Shown: one piece after another, positions 51,654 through 62,238 of the stretch | Layout: each line of letters starts with the position of its first letter | Position numbering within the stretch: position 1 is the stretch's first letter | NCBI GenBank assembly: GCA_051546255.1 | Contig: CP128818.1 | Coordinates: 1,240,001 to 1,304,000, forward strand | Direction of reading: 5' to 3' | Length of the DNA stretch: 64,000 nucleotides | DNA from: Meyerozyma guilliermondii | Taxonomy: Eukaryota | Notes under the pieces: model-generated | Told to the model about the DNA's origin: nothing | What the model saw: the letters and a program-made list of their open reading frames with translations, nothing else | Database searches by the model: none | Program-made: the position numbers and the translations under genes

Positions 51654-54600
51654 TTACGATACGTCCTCGATGAATCCAGATGCCTTTCCCACCTTATTCG
51701 GCTCGAGCCGGCTGGCCAATTGGTCAATTACAGAGAATATTGTCTCCGGATTCTTGAAATCAATTCCTTCGTTTCCGCCAAGAATCTGTCTCATTTGAAG
51801 ACTAGCAACACAATGCTCGATCCGGGTCACAATATGCATAAAGAGACGAACCACGTCCTCTTCAGAAGCATCAAATCGCTCGGAAATGTTGTTGAGGGTC
51901 TCAGGGCCTTCGGGATTGACCATATTTTGACTGTTGAGTCGTGAGCATATAGACTCCAACTTGAGCGAAATGGTACGTAAACCAAAAATGGCGTCAACAG
52001 GTAATGCTCCAACAATCCTGCCCATTGTCTTGTTCTCTTCTTCTTGTGTGAGTGTGTTTTGGAATAATGTAAACCGCTCTTCAAGGTCTTTGGGAATCGC
52101 CAACGTGACGAAGTCTGGAGTTTCCAATCCTTTCAAACGTCTCTCGCCCAACTCGTAGAACGCAGTTCCTGTCACTTGCAAAGATGCTATTTCTCGTTCG
52201 ATGATCTCACCTGCTCTGACGTTTCCATGATAAGCATCTGAAATAGTGGTCCGTCCGGCAGCTATGTCATCATGTATCTTGTTAAGAGTATTCAACTCAC
52301 GAAGGAAATCTGAACTCATGGCAATTTGTCCACCATCTGCAATTGCACTGATCCGCGAAGCACGGTTCACCATGGGACCAAAATAGTCCATTCTTCGGGT
52401 GACCACATCAAGCTCACATACCGGAGAGCCCCAATGAACACCCATTCTCACCGACAATCCCCGGAAGATCACATGTCCCTTTGCATCAACAACTTCACGA
52501 CACTGTTTGGTCTCTAAGATTTCAGCGGGCCAATCTGCGTCAAGAAGCTGTTGCTGAACGTAGAAACACCAAAGAAGCGCAGACGTGGGAGACGGAAACG
52601 AAACCATAAAAGCATCACCTTCCGTCTTGACTTCGTACCCTCCAACAATTCTCAATTGTCTTCTCATTTTGTCGTTGTGAATCTTGATCGCCGACCTCAT
52701 AGCCACGGGATTGGCATCCCACAACAAGGTGGAGCTCTTAATATCGGTGAAAACTAATGCCACCTCACCTACTGGCGGTTCGATTTCAGCCTCCAATCTT
52801 CTGGAAGTAGAGTCACTGCCAAATACTTGACTTCTGTCTCTTCTTCTCTTGGAGAAGACATCACCTTCTCGGCTCAAGTTGTGATACAAGGCATTCGAGC
52901 CGAACTTCAGCTTGGGCTTTTGCTCTCCCAAAGTGATCACTGTCACCGAAATCTTGTCACTTGCTCCGTAACATATGGCGTAGTCACGAAGCTTTTGTGC
53001 TGCAATCATCGGATCCTCTTTTTCTTGTCGCAAAATATCCACGGCAAGCTCATATGAAATATAATCCCACAATATTTTTGTCGCCAAGACGATCATGTCG
53101 TCGGCAGTGGTAATGTCGATTTCCTTTATGTCGGGTCCCGAGTGAGTATGAGGTAAGAAATTGAAGAAACCAATTCCTCGCGATACTGGTAATTTACCAT
53201 CGAGAGCTCCGTCACCGGTAACATATCCTCCTGCAGCTCTGATACGTTCAAACTCTGGTCTGTTTGTGGGATAATGCTTGTTCGTTAATAGTAAATGTGT
53301 ACCGTTCTTCCTTGTCAATAAAGTTTCAACATCTCCAACGTTGGCAGTGTACAACTTTTTGTTTTTGATGTAAATGATAGACATACAGCAGCCAGCATCG
53401 CCGTCTTCGTTCAAGTTGAGGTCTGAGAATGTCGAGTTCATCAGGGGAGTACCAGTGAAATGATTACTCTTCTTCGCTATCAAAACCCCGTTTATCTCTT
53501 TGTTCATCTGAAGAAAAGCACGACGAATGGCATCGTTCACTGATTCATTGGCCTTAAGTTTGTTCAATTCCTCGGTAAACCGAGGAACAAATGTAGTCCT
53601 TGCCAAGTACGATATACGGTGACCAACATGTGGTTTACCGTGCTTGCCATCAAAGCAGCAAATTAAGACTTCGTTTTCGTTTCCTCGGAACTTTTGCAAG
53701 AAAATGTCCCTCGTTGACACATGCTCACGGCCTCCCATGCAATCAGAAACTCCATAGCCTATATTGTCAAGCTCCGACGCAGTTGTTCTGATTCGCATAT
53801 CAATGTTCTGATCAGGAACAGAGGTGCTTGTCAAAGTTACATCAATGAGACCGAGAACCTTAAGCTTCTTCAACACCAACAAACTGTCAAAATCCTCCTT
53901 TGTTTCAGGGTTCTTTATGTGACTTTGCTTGATTTCGAATCTCTTATTTCCTGAAAAGTTGAGGTACTTGAGATTGGTATTTGAATGCCAATTCCAATCA
54001 TAGGGCCAATTCGAGATATTGTACTTGAGTTGATTCGAACCAACATCCAAGTGAGCTAATTGCTTGAGATTACTCAACTCTGCAGGCAATGAAGCCAACT
54101 TGTTGTTGTTAAGAAAGAGTAATTTCAAGTGGACCAATGCTTCTAAATCATCAGCGGGAAGATTTGTGAGTTCATTTCCAGACAAATACAAATCGTTGAG
54201 CTTGCTTAGACGCCTTAAAGCCCCTTCAGGAATCTCAAGCAAGTCATTGTAGGATGCATTCAAAGACTTGAGTTCAATCAAGAAAGAAATGGAGTCAAAG
54301 CAATCTTGACTCAACCTATTGTCTGCCACAGTAAGAACGAGCAATGAATCTGCCAATGAACTAGGACGCCTAGAGTCATCCTCCGTCGAGCTTTCCGCTT
54401 CTTGATCAACTGCACGATAATTCAGAAAATCGACCGAAGAAGATATCTTCTTTGCAACACTCAAAGGTGGTTTGGGAAATGAGCTTAAAGCGTTAGATGA
54501 TATATTGAGTACGCTCAAAGAGCTCAAATTCCATATCTCTTCAGGCAAACTCTCCAAAGTGTTCGAATGCAAGTCGAGGTATTGTAAAGATTTCAAATCA

Positions 54601-56951
54601 CCGATGCTTGGTGGTAAAACTTGCAAGTTGTTTCCATAAAGTGATAAATGCGAAAGTTTCGACAAGCTTCCAAGTTGAGGAGGTAAGTTGACCAAATGGT
54701 TTTTGTCTAACACTAGCTTTTCAACATTAGGGATTTTAGTTAAAAAGTCTGAGGGAATTGAAGTGATTTTTGCCTTGGACAAGTCAAGAACTGTGAGTAA
54801 TGGCAGAAGATATTCAAACTGCAAATTTGTAATTGGATTACGATCAAAATGAAGCAAGCGCAAGCTCTCCATCTTGTCGTTAAACGTAGAAACATAGTTT
54901 TTTGATGCATAGGCAACTTCTAAGTGGGGAAGTCGTCCAATAACATCGACATTTGTAATCATGTTATATCTTATGTCCAAACGCTTCAAGGATTTCAAAG
55001 CTTCGAAGTGTCGGGGCAAGGCTTTGCTCAATTTGTTGGTACAAAGGTTAAGTTTCACCAAATTTACCAATTTGGAAACGGATTCGGGAATCTCGCTCAA
55101 GTCATTGTAAGAAAGATCTAACTCTTGTAAGTTGACCAACTCACTGATTGGTTCCGGGTACGCATTAAAGTAGTTGGATGAGAGATTCAACTGCTTCAAA
55201 TTCACAAGCTTTCCAAATGACTTGGGAAGCGAGCGTAATTGGTTCGAGTTCAAACGAAGTTTTGTGAGGTTGCTAAGGACACCAAATTTTGCGGGCAACT
55301 CGTCCAAAAAATTCTTTTCCATATCAAGATAAGTCAACTTTGTCGCCTCCAAAAAGTTCATTGGAAACTTAGAGCATCCATTAACCGAAAAGATAATGCT
55401 GGTCAAGTTATTGCATGATTGAATGAAATCCAATGGTATGTAGATTGCTGGGTTATCGGAAGCATTCAATTTTTCAATCTCATAAGTATGCTGATGGAAT
55501 TTGATGGGTATACTCTTGAGCTTTAAGCCCGAGATGTCAACGTCAATGTAGTCCTTTGACTTGAGGGCTTCTTCTTCATGAGTAAAGTTACGCAAATTGA
55601 TATTCTCAACGACAAACTTGCAAATAAATGAAAGATCTTCTCGGCCAATAATACGCAAGTTGTCATTTTCGACGTATCCTGACAACATGAGGAGACCCAT
55701 CTGAATTTTAAGTGGTTTTTCAAAAGATTCTAGGACTTTCACGCAGTTGCCAACATATACACTCAACTGATAGTTGGCTACCGACTCCAAAAAGAATTTC
55801 CTTTGAACTATGGTGATAAGTTCTGTAGTGGTGGTCTCTAGAGGACATAAGATGGTGGTGAAAGTATTGTCCTCTTTGAAAACTCGAATAATATGATTTG
55901 GGCCCTTAGTAAGGTTTTTGGGGTCTGATTGAGGAGGCACGACATGGGAATATTGGTGGCTACCGTAAAGCACAGGCAAGCTCGACAGTGTTTCGGCCAC
56001 ATCTGACTGCGGTGTGGTTTGTTCTTGTACCACATCATCATCATCTTCTTCCTCAGCAATGGGTTGATCTTCACCTACCATAGGTGCTGGCAGTCCCAAA
56101 ATATCGTCACCTTTGACATCCCAACTGTCTGGAGCCTTCCAGGTTCCAGTAGCTGGTTTTTCGTCGGAATTGCCAACTCGAGAGTCGACGACAGAATTTG
56201 ATGATGGTGTTTTTTTGTATTGGATCCGCTCCGGAAGGACGTCTGGTTCTGGAGTTTTTGTAGGAGATTTTAAAATATCGTGCATTTCGTCCAAGTTCAT
56301 GTCGAGAGCAAATGCATTGGAATCGTGGTGGGTCGTGGTGGGTTCCTCCTGGGTGGATTGTCGGCGTTCTGTCAACGATGGAATGCGGAACTTGTGTTTA
56401 GACAGAGACGACGAGGCCGAGCTTGCGCTCTTACGGTTACCAGAACCGGTAGAAGCCATGGACGTGGAACGAGGAGGATTAGCCGAGGTCAGAGCCATCA
56501 GATCGTGGCCCGATTCATCCGAGTCAAACCGAAGACGATCAGAAGGTTCCGAGTCCTTGCGACTCGAGTAGATCAACTTGCCCAAAAGTCTTGTGCCTCT
56601 CTTCTTGAATCGTGGCTTGATGGGCTGTGAGAATGGTGGGATATTGTGGCCACCCAATGGGCGCCGGTTGGCGTGGAACCCATGGTAGTCATCTTTTACC
56701 TGAGCATTACCATCGTTTTTCGGAGATATCTCGTTGATTTCAGCGGGAAGTGCTACCACCGATGACCGTGGGCTGTAATCTTCCTGGCCACTGCCATTTT
56801 TGGGAGAATTGGCTGAGCCGGTTGGGGTATTGAAGTAGTCTTCCGAATGATCGTCGGCCGTTAAATTGGCTTCTCCGGGACCTGAGGACTCCTTGTTTGG
56901 ACCCGACAAGCTGGAATCACGAGGTTTCTTCTCTTTGCGTAGAAAAGACAT
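51654..56951 (-). CDS. CYR1: Adenylate cyclase (RA, LRR, PP2C-like and catalytic domains)
   Basis: WKAPDSWDV, LRR array, YNISNWPYDWNW, VFTDIKSST, YEVKTEGDAFMV, RMDYFGPMVNRASR. Confidence 0.97.
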   Translation of the reverse strand: MSFLRKEKKPRDSSLSGPNKESSGPGEANLTADDHSEDYFNTPTGSANSPKNGSGQEDYSPRSSVVALPAEINEISPKNDGNAQVKDDYHGFHANRRPLGGHNIPPFSQPIKPRFKKRGTRLLGKLIYSSRKDSEPSDRLRFDSDESGHDLMALTSANPPRSTSMASTGSGNRKSASSASSSLSKHKFRIPSLTERRQSTQEEPTTTHHDSNAFALDMNLDEMHDILKSPTKTPEPDVLPERIQYKKTPSSNSVVDSRVGNSDEKPATGTWKAPDSWDVKGDDILGLPAPMVGEDQPIAEEEDDDDVVQEQTTPQSDVAETLSSLPVLYGSHQYSHVVPPQSDPKNLTKGPNHIIRVFKEDNTFTTILCPLETTTTELITIVQRKFFLESVANYQLSVYVGNCVKVLESFEKPLKIQMGLLMLSGYVENDNLRIIGREDLSFICKFVVENINLRNFTHEEEALKSKDYIDVDISGLKLKSIPIKFHQHTYEIEKLNASDNPAIYIPLDFIQSCNNLTSIIFSVNGCSKFPMNFLEATKLTYLDMEKNFLDELPAKFGVLSNLTKLRLNSNQLRSLPKSFGKLVNLKQLNLSSNYFNAYPEPISELVNLQELDLSYNDLSEIPESVSKLVNLVKLNLCTNKLSKALPRHFEALKSLKRLDIRYNMITNVDVIGRLPHLEVAYASKNYVSTFNDKMESLRLLHFDRNPITNLQFEYLLPLLTVLDLSKAKITSIPSDFLTKIPNVEKLVLDKNHLVNLPPQLGSLSKLSHLSLYGNNLQVLPPSIGDLKSLQYLDLHSNTLESLPEEIWNLSSLSVLNISSNALSSFPKPPLSVAKKISSSVDFLNYRAVDQEAESSTEDDSRRPSSLADSLLVLTVADNRLSQDCFDSISFLIELKSLNASYNDLLEIPEGALRRLSKLNDLYLSGNELTNLPADDLEALVHLKLLFLNNNKLASLPAELSNLKQLAHLDVGSNQLKYNISNWPYDWNWHSNTNLKYLNFSGNKRFEIKQSHIKNPETKEDFDSLLVLKKLKVLGLIDVTLTSTSVPDQNIDMRIRTTASELDNIGYGVSDCMGGREHVSTRDIFLQKFRGNENEVLICCFDGKHGKPHVGHRISYLARTTFVPRFTEELNKLKANESVNDAIRRAFLQMNKEINGVLIAKKSNHFTGTPLMNSTFSDLNLNEDGDAGCCMSIIYIKNKKLYTANVGDVETLLTRKNGTHLLLTNKHYPTNRPEFERIRAAGGYVTGDGALDGKLPVSRGIGFFNFLPHTHSGPDIKEIDITTADDMIVLATKILWDYISYELAVDILRQEKEDPMIAAQKLRDYAICYGASDKISVTVITLGEQKPKLKFGSNALYHNLSREGDVFSKRRRDRSQVFGSDSTSRRLEAEIEPPVGEVALVFTDIKSSTLLWDANPVAMRSAIKIHNDKMRRQLRIVGGYEVKTEGDAFMVSFPSPTSALLWCFYVQQQLLDADWPAEILETKQCREVVDAKGHVIFRGLSVRMGVHWGSPVCELDVVTRRMDYFGPMVNRASRISAIADGGQIAMSSDFLRELNTLNKIHDDIAAGRTTISDAYHGNVRAGEIIEREIASLQVTGTAFYELGERRLKGLETPDFVTLAIPKDLEERFTLFQNTLTQEEENKTMGRIVGALPVDAIFGLRTISLKLESICSRLNSQNMVNPEGPETLNNISERFDASEEDVVRLFMHIVTRIEHCVASLQMRQILGGNEGIDFKNPETIFSVIDQLASRLEPNKVGKASGFIEDVS

Positions 56952-57292
56952 GTAACGGTAAATTTGACAAAATTATACAAAGATGGAGAAAACCAGAAAA
57001 ATAAGGCGACGGTTTCTTCTTAGGGGTTTCGAGACTTAAACTCGATTTTGGAAGCTTTTCTGTATACAATTCGGCTTCAGGAAGCGAGATCAATGGCAAT
57101 TCCAAGTATTAATTGATAAACCCCTTTGGCTATGCAAGCATTGGCTTGACTCAGAATAGTGGAGTAGGCAAAAAAATCGAGCCTAGAGCTTTGCCTGCAC
57201 ACCGGCCGCCAAACACAGGCCTGCGCTGTTCTGCGCCGCACATCCACCCTCGTTTCCCATTTGGGAGAGAATTAGACGAACAAATCACTTCG

Positions 57293-59317
57293 ATGTCGGA
57301 GTCGTCAAGGACGATCAACCACAAGCTCAATGAGCTTTTGAGCAAAAGTACGTGTTTTCTAGGCAGTAACATGAACTAAACTAACCAAGATAATATCTCC
57401 AAGACCAAACTCGATGCCAGCACCGCTTTGGCCTACGCTAGTGTTCTCAAGACCAACATTCTTGGAAAAGACAAACAGGAAAAAGTCAATAGTATAGTGG
57501 TTTTGGCCAAGCTTTTGGACTGTATTTTGGGCAGTGAATCTGTATCCAATGAGTTTTCCAAGGTGTTGGATCACACTGTATTTTCCACGTTATTTTCCAT
57601 CGTTTCAGCCCATATGTCTACTGAAACGTACAAGGCGATTTTGAAAATTCTGGTAATTTTGATATCTGGGTCCATTTTCCGGTCCAAGACAGACTCGATA
57701 GACAACTACCTACCACTCTACGAATCGTTGATTGAATATTTGGACGTCATTGACATCATGACCCAAAAACTCTATTTGCAAGATAATAAGATCACATACA
57801 ATTCGATCAAGTTGGTGACCGATTTGATCAACAAGTCCCTTTTATGTGGCTACGATGGTATCATTACTCTTGCTGGTCGTTTGAAGCATGTTACCTTCTT
57901 CAGTACTGTTGGCAACTTGATTGAAACTGACGACAAGTCCATTCTTGACTCGATCTCGCACTTGAAAGTCGCCTATTACAGCCTCAACGAGTACCTCAAT
58001 GCCACCACATTCGACCTTTCTATTAAGTCGCATCAAGTGATGCTTAATAACCTCTTCATTTTTTTGGAGGTATCCCTCAATGAGTACGGAACTCCTGCCA
58101 CCACTGAAGAGTACGTCAAGGCCGGATTCACCGAAGATCCCAGAAACTTTGTGGTGCAAAACTTTACCATCTTGCTTGCCATGGACTTGAAGATCTTTGT
58201 CAAGGACCCCAATTTCACGTTCAAGAAGCGGTTTCACGAAGAATTGATGATGAGCGACCATAATAGAACATTCCCACTCTTCTTATTCATACAAAAGGCC
58301 ACCGACATGTGGTTACAAATATTCCATCTGAAAGACCAGTACCCCCACATCTACTCCTCCATTTTGAGTTGGGAGTTGATGATCTACTACACAATGAACA
58401 ATTGCTTAATCTTATGGCAGGAGACGAAGTCCCGGTTGGAAAATCCACTGGATATCGATAGTATCATGGAGCTCTTGGAGGCTCAGGTTAGCCAGTTGAA
58501 CGAAGACTTGGGTAAGGGCAACAAGTCTGTGGAAGAATGCTTGGATCTCACAACAAAGGACCTTGAAACATTGCGCCAAGTTCAGATCCAAAAGATCAGC
58601 GACGCTCATTCATCAAAATGGGCGAGTAGACTTGTGGAGTTTGACCTGGTGTTAGCAAGAGAAGTCATGGACTTTGTATGTGAACAACGAGTGGTACAAT
58701 TACTCAAAGGATCGTGGGTGTACACCGAGTCGTATGGAGAGCAAATGCTCAGAAGTAACTCGAGTCATCTGGGAGTGGGCAACAAGTACTACTTCATCAT
58801 GTTGGCGCCTAATAGAAAATTTGTCTATTACAAAGAGTTTGTGGAAAAATCGTTGGTGAACCCAACCTACGAAGATATGGAAGAGCAAGCTATACCGTTG
58901 GCTGACATTGTTGACTTCAAGGCGTCGAAAGCAGGCGAGCATGTTGGTGAACTGGATAAGAAACAGAACAGCATGTTGGTGTCTGTCAAAGGAACCATTT
59001 CTCATGAAAATATCGTTTTGATTGGAGCCAAGGGTCGGCATTTGCTCTCGTTCTACACCGATACACAAGTCAGTAAGTACGTTTGGTTGGATGGTCTCAA
59101 GATGTTGAAAGGAATGTGGGCCGGAAGACTATCGGACGACACCGAGAAGCAGGTTGAGGCATTGATAGAAATGAGAAAAAATACCCAATTGTTGGATTTG
59201 GAGCACAAAGCCATTGGAGGAGAATTGGAATACGAGTATGATAGTGACGATGACGATGACGAATTCTATGATATCAAGGAGCTCGCCAACGTCACCGGTG
59301 AGTTCCACTATAAGTAG
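57293..59317 (+). CDS. LMO1: ELMO-family protein Lmo1; exons 57293-57347 and 57390-59317
   Basis: ELMO/CED-12-like region (GFTEDP, FKKRFHEE, FPL), FVCEQRVVQLLKGSW and PH-like WLDGLKML; N-terminus restored by a 42-nt intron. Confidence 0.8.
57348..57389 (+). other. Spliceosomal intron (42 nt) in LMO1
   Basis: GTACGT donor, AACTAAC branch point at 57379-57385, AAG acceptor; removal joins ATG 57293 in frame to the long ORF. Confidence 0.75.
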
Positions 59318-59400
59318 TTCAGTGAATACATCCAATGCACCGGTACTGTCGTGTAGGTTTTCGCGATGAGCATCGCATATCGCATCTCACCGCATCGACC

Positions 59401-61452
59401 ATGGCGAAGAAGCACAGAGATGATTTCGTGATGACGATCGACAGTGACTCCGAGGCGAGTGATGGTGGAGACTCGGACACAGAGCAGAAGACTGGAGATC
59501 TCAATCCTGATTTTGTGTTTGGGGAAGCCGAAGAGACGGCGTTTACAGGCTGGGATTTGGACCAAAAGGACGTTGCAAATCACAAGGATGTAGACTTGGA
59601 TGGCATTTTGCGTAGTAAGGGAGGTCTTCTGGGCATGATAGATGGCGAAGAAGAAGAACAAAAAGAGGAAGAAGAAGAAAATGAAGATAATGCTGAAGAT
59701 GAAGAAGAAGTTAATGCTGGCGAAGACGATGAAGATTTGGCCATGGATGGATTTGGTATGGGAGCCGAACAAGAAGACGACGAAGAGGAAGAAAATAGTG
59801 AACAAGAAAACGAGCATGAAGCAGAGCTGGAAGACGAACAAGAACAAGAGATTTCAGAAAATGACGAAGACTCTGCTGCTGCCATTGCAGAGTTTTACGA
59901 AGAGTCCAAGACCACAGAGAAGATTACCTCCTTTCAGGCTCTTCAGTTGTCTCGTCCACTTCTTAAAGGTGTGGGTAACTTGGGATATACTGTGCCTTCT
60001 GCCATTCAAGCAGCATCTATTCCAATTGCAATGATGGGAAAGGATATAGTTGCTGGTGCCGTAACAGGTTCCGGTAAGACGGCGGCATATCTCATTCCCA
60101 TAATAGAGAGATTGATCTATAAACCAGCTGCCGTTTCGGCGACAAGAGTTATAGTGTTAACTCCTACCAGAGAATTGGCCATTCAAGTTTGCGATGTGGG
60201 TAAGAAGTTGGGTCAATTCGTCGCTAACCTCAACTTTGGTTTGGCAGTGGGTGGTCTCAATTTGAGGCAACAAGAGCAGCAGCTCAAGTCTCGTCCAGAT
60301 ATCGTTGTGGCTACTCCTGGTCGTTTAATTGACCATATTCGAAACTCTCCTTCGTTTTCTATCGAAAACTTGGAAGTTCTCGTGATGGACGAAGCCGATA
60401 GAATGTTGGAGGAAGGATTTCAAGTGGAATTGACGGAAATTCTCGAGTTGATTCCCAAGCACAAGAGACAAACCATGCTTTTTTCTGCTACCATGAACAC
60501 AAAAATCCAGGATTTGATCCAATTGTCGTTGGACAAACCCGTAAGAATCATGGTGAACCCACCCAAGCAAGCCGCCTCCAAACTTGTGCAAGAGTTTGTG
60601 CGTATACGTAAACGTGAGCATTTGAAACCAGCATTATTGTACCACCTTTTGCGGTTGGTTGACCCTCAGCAACAAAACAGAATTGTTGTTTTCGTTTCCC
60701 GGAAAGAAATGGCCCACAGACTCAGAATTGTTCTTGGTCTTTTGGGTATGAAGGTTCTGGAACTCCATGGCTCATTGACTCAAGAACAACGGTTGCAAAG
60801 TGTCAAGGATTTTAGGTCTCTTGCCGTGCCAGTACTTATCTGTACGGATTTGGCTGCCAGAGGTTTGGATATCCCCAAGATTGAAATAGTCATCAACTTC
60901 GATATGCCCAAGACCCATGAGATCTATTTGCATAGAGTTGGTCGTACCGCTCGTGCTGGACGTGAAGGTCGGTCGATAACGTTTGTTGGAGAATCCAATC
61001 AAGACAGGTCTATTGTAAAGGATGCTATCAAATCGCTCGAAGAACAGAAGAATGGTAAAGCGGTGTCCAGGACAGTGGACTGGAAAAAAGTGGAGGAATT
61101 GAATAGCATCGTTGAGTCGAAAAAGGACACCATTGATGAGGTTCTCGAAGAGGAAAAACTGGCCAAAGAAATTTTGCAAGCGGAAATGCAATTGGAAAAA
61201 GCAAGCAATATAATGAAGCACGAGAAGGAAATACACTCGCGTCCTAAGAGGACATGGTTCCAATCAGAACAAGAAAAGAAACAGGCACAACGAACCCCGG
61301 TAATGCAGCTGTTGACCAAGCATGGAAAGAAGGTGAATTCCAAAAAAAGGAAGGCTCACGAAGAGAGAAAGGAGGAAAAGAGATCATATAAAAAGACCAA
61401 GAGTGACAGATCAGCTCCCAAAACGAAAGCCAAGTCAAAAAAGAGAAAGTAA
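59401..61452 (+). CDS. DRS1: Nucleolar DEAD-box RNA helicase Drs1
   Basis: Acidic N-terminus, [40 protein letters not shown]. Confidence 0.95.
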   Translation: MAKKHRDDFVMTIDSDSEASDGGDSDTEQKTGDLNPDFVFGEAEETAFTGWDLDQKDVANHKDVDLDGILRSKGGLLGMIDGEEEEQKEEEEENEDNAEDEEEVNAGEDDEDLAMDGFGMGAEQEDDEEEENSEQENEHEAELEDEQEQEISENDEDSAAAIAEFYEESKTTEKITSFQALQLSRPLLKGVGNLGYTVPSAIQAASIPIAMMGKDIVAGAVTGSGKTAAYLIPIIERLIYKPAAVSATRVIVLTPTRELAIQVCDVGKKLGQFVANLNFGLAVGGLNLRQQEQQLKSRPDIVVATPGRLIDHIRNSPSFSIENLEVLVMDEADRMLEEGFQVELTEILELIPKHKRQTMLFSATMNTKIQDLIQLSLDKPVRIMVNPPKQAASKLVQEFVRIRKREHLKPALLYHLLRLVDPQQQNRIVVFVSRKEMAHRLRIVLGLLGMKVLELHGSLTQEQRLQSVKDFRSLAVPVLICTDLAARGLDIPKIEIVINFDMPKTHEIYLHRVGRTARAGREGRSITFVGESNQDRSIVKDAIKSLEEQKNGKAVSRTVDWKKVEELNSIVESKKDTIDEVLEEEKLAKEILQAEMQLEKASNIMKHEKEIHSRPKRTWFQSEQEKKQAQRTPVMQLLTKHGKKVNSKKRKAHEERKEEKRSYKKTKSDRSAPKTKAKSKKRK

Positions 61453-61684
61453 AGGGAGGTGAAAATTAAGAGGTTGTGGTAAAGGTTAGAGAAGACAATA
61501 TACTTTTAGTCAAAAACGTAATGTAAGTTGGTGTTGTTGATGCATTCAGTAATCTTCATAAAAGCTCCCTCTACCTTGGAGTTTTATTTATACTTTTATC
61601 TTGTCCCCTTTTCTCTATTCTCGTTTCTTCTCATTTCTCGTTTCTCATTTCTCTATTTTAAACTTCTGCGCGCATTTTCAAGTC

Positions 61685-62230
61685 ATGTTCTTAACGTCAG
61701 GCTACCATCGGCTAGTCAATGGAAACTATGCCACCGATATAAATAATCCTTCCAAACTTCTTTTCCAGATAATTTTGCTCCAATGCTTTTATTATCTCAC
61801 AGCATTGGTGATCTTTTATCTTTTTGCATCGTTGGATGGGCTTGAGTTTTCCGTCGACTGGATCTTTCTGTGGGAAATTGTTTCGCTGGAAAACACCATG
61901 GGACTCACCCTATTTGTTCTTTGGCTTTTTGACTCGTTGTTGTGTGTGTTATTTGTGACTTTGGTTGTTGGAAGGTCCAAGTTGGCATGGGACTTTGCAT
62001 TGACCATCCATATTATCAACTTGATCATTGTTTGGGTTTACACCAAAGAATTTCCTCAAAGCTTGCTCTGGTGGTGCTTACAGGTATTGAGTGGTGTGGT
62101 GTTGATTAGCTTGTCTACTTACATGACACGATGGAAGGAATTGAGGACTACGTTTTTTGATAATATGCTCGAACAACAGGAATTGGGTCAAATGCCGGGA
62201 GAATCTATAGAAATGTCCAACATCAAGTAA
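61685..62230 (+). CDS. SYS1: Golgi membrane protein Sys1
   Basis: QIILLQCFYY, VVGRSKLAWDFALTIH, WW, RWKEL. Confidence 0.9.
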   Translation: MFLTSGYHRLVNGNYATDINNPSKLLFQIILLQCFYYLTALVIFYLFASLDGLEFSVDWIFLWEIVSLENTMGLTLFVLWLFDSLLCVLFVTLVVGRSKLAWDFALTIHIINLIIVWVYTKEFPQSLLWWCLQVLSGVVLISLSTYMTRWKELRTTFFDNMLEQQELGQMPGESIEMSNIK

Positions 62231-62238
62231 AAGACGAT

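Noticed and set aside
59308..60034. Hydrophobic, Ser-rich or Lys-rich ORFs overlapping DRS1
   Set aside because: Alternative-frame readings of the GAA/GAT-rich acidic tract
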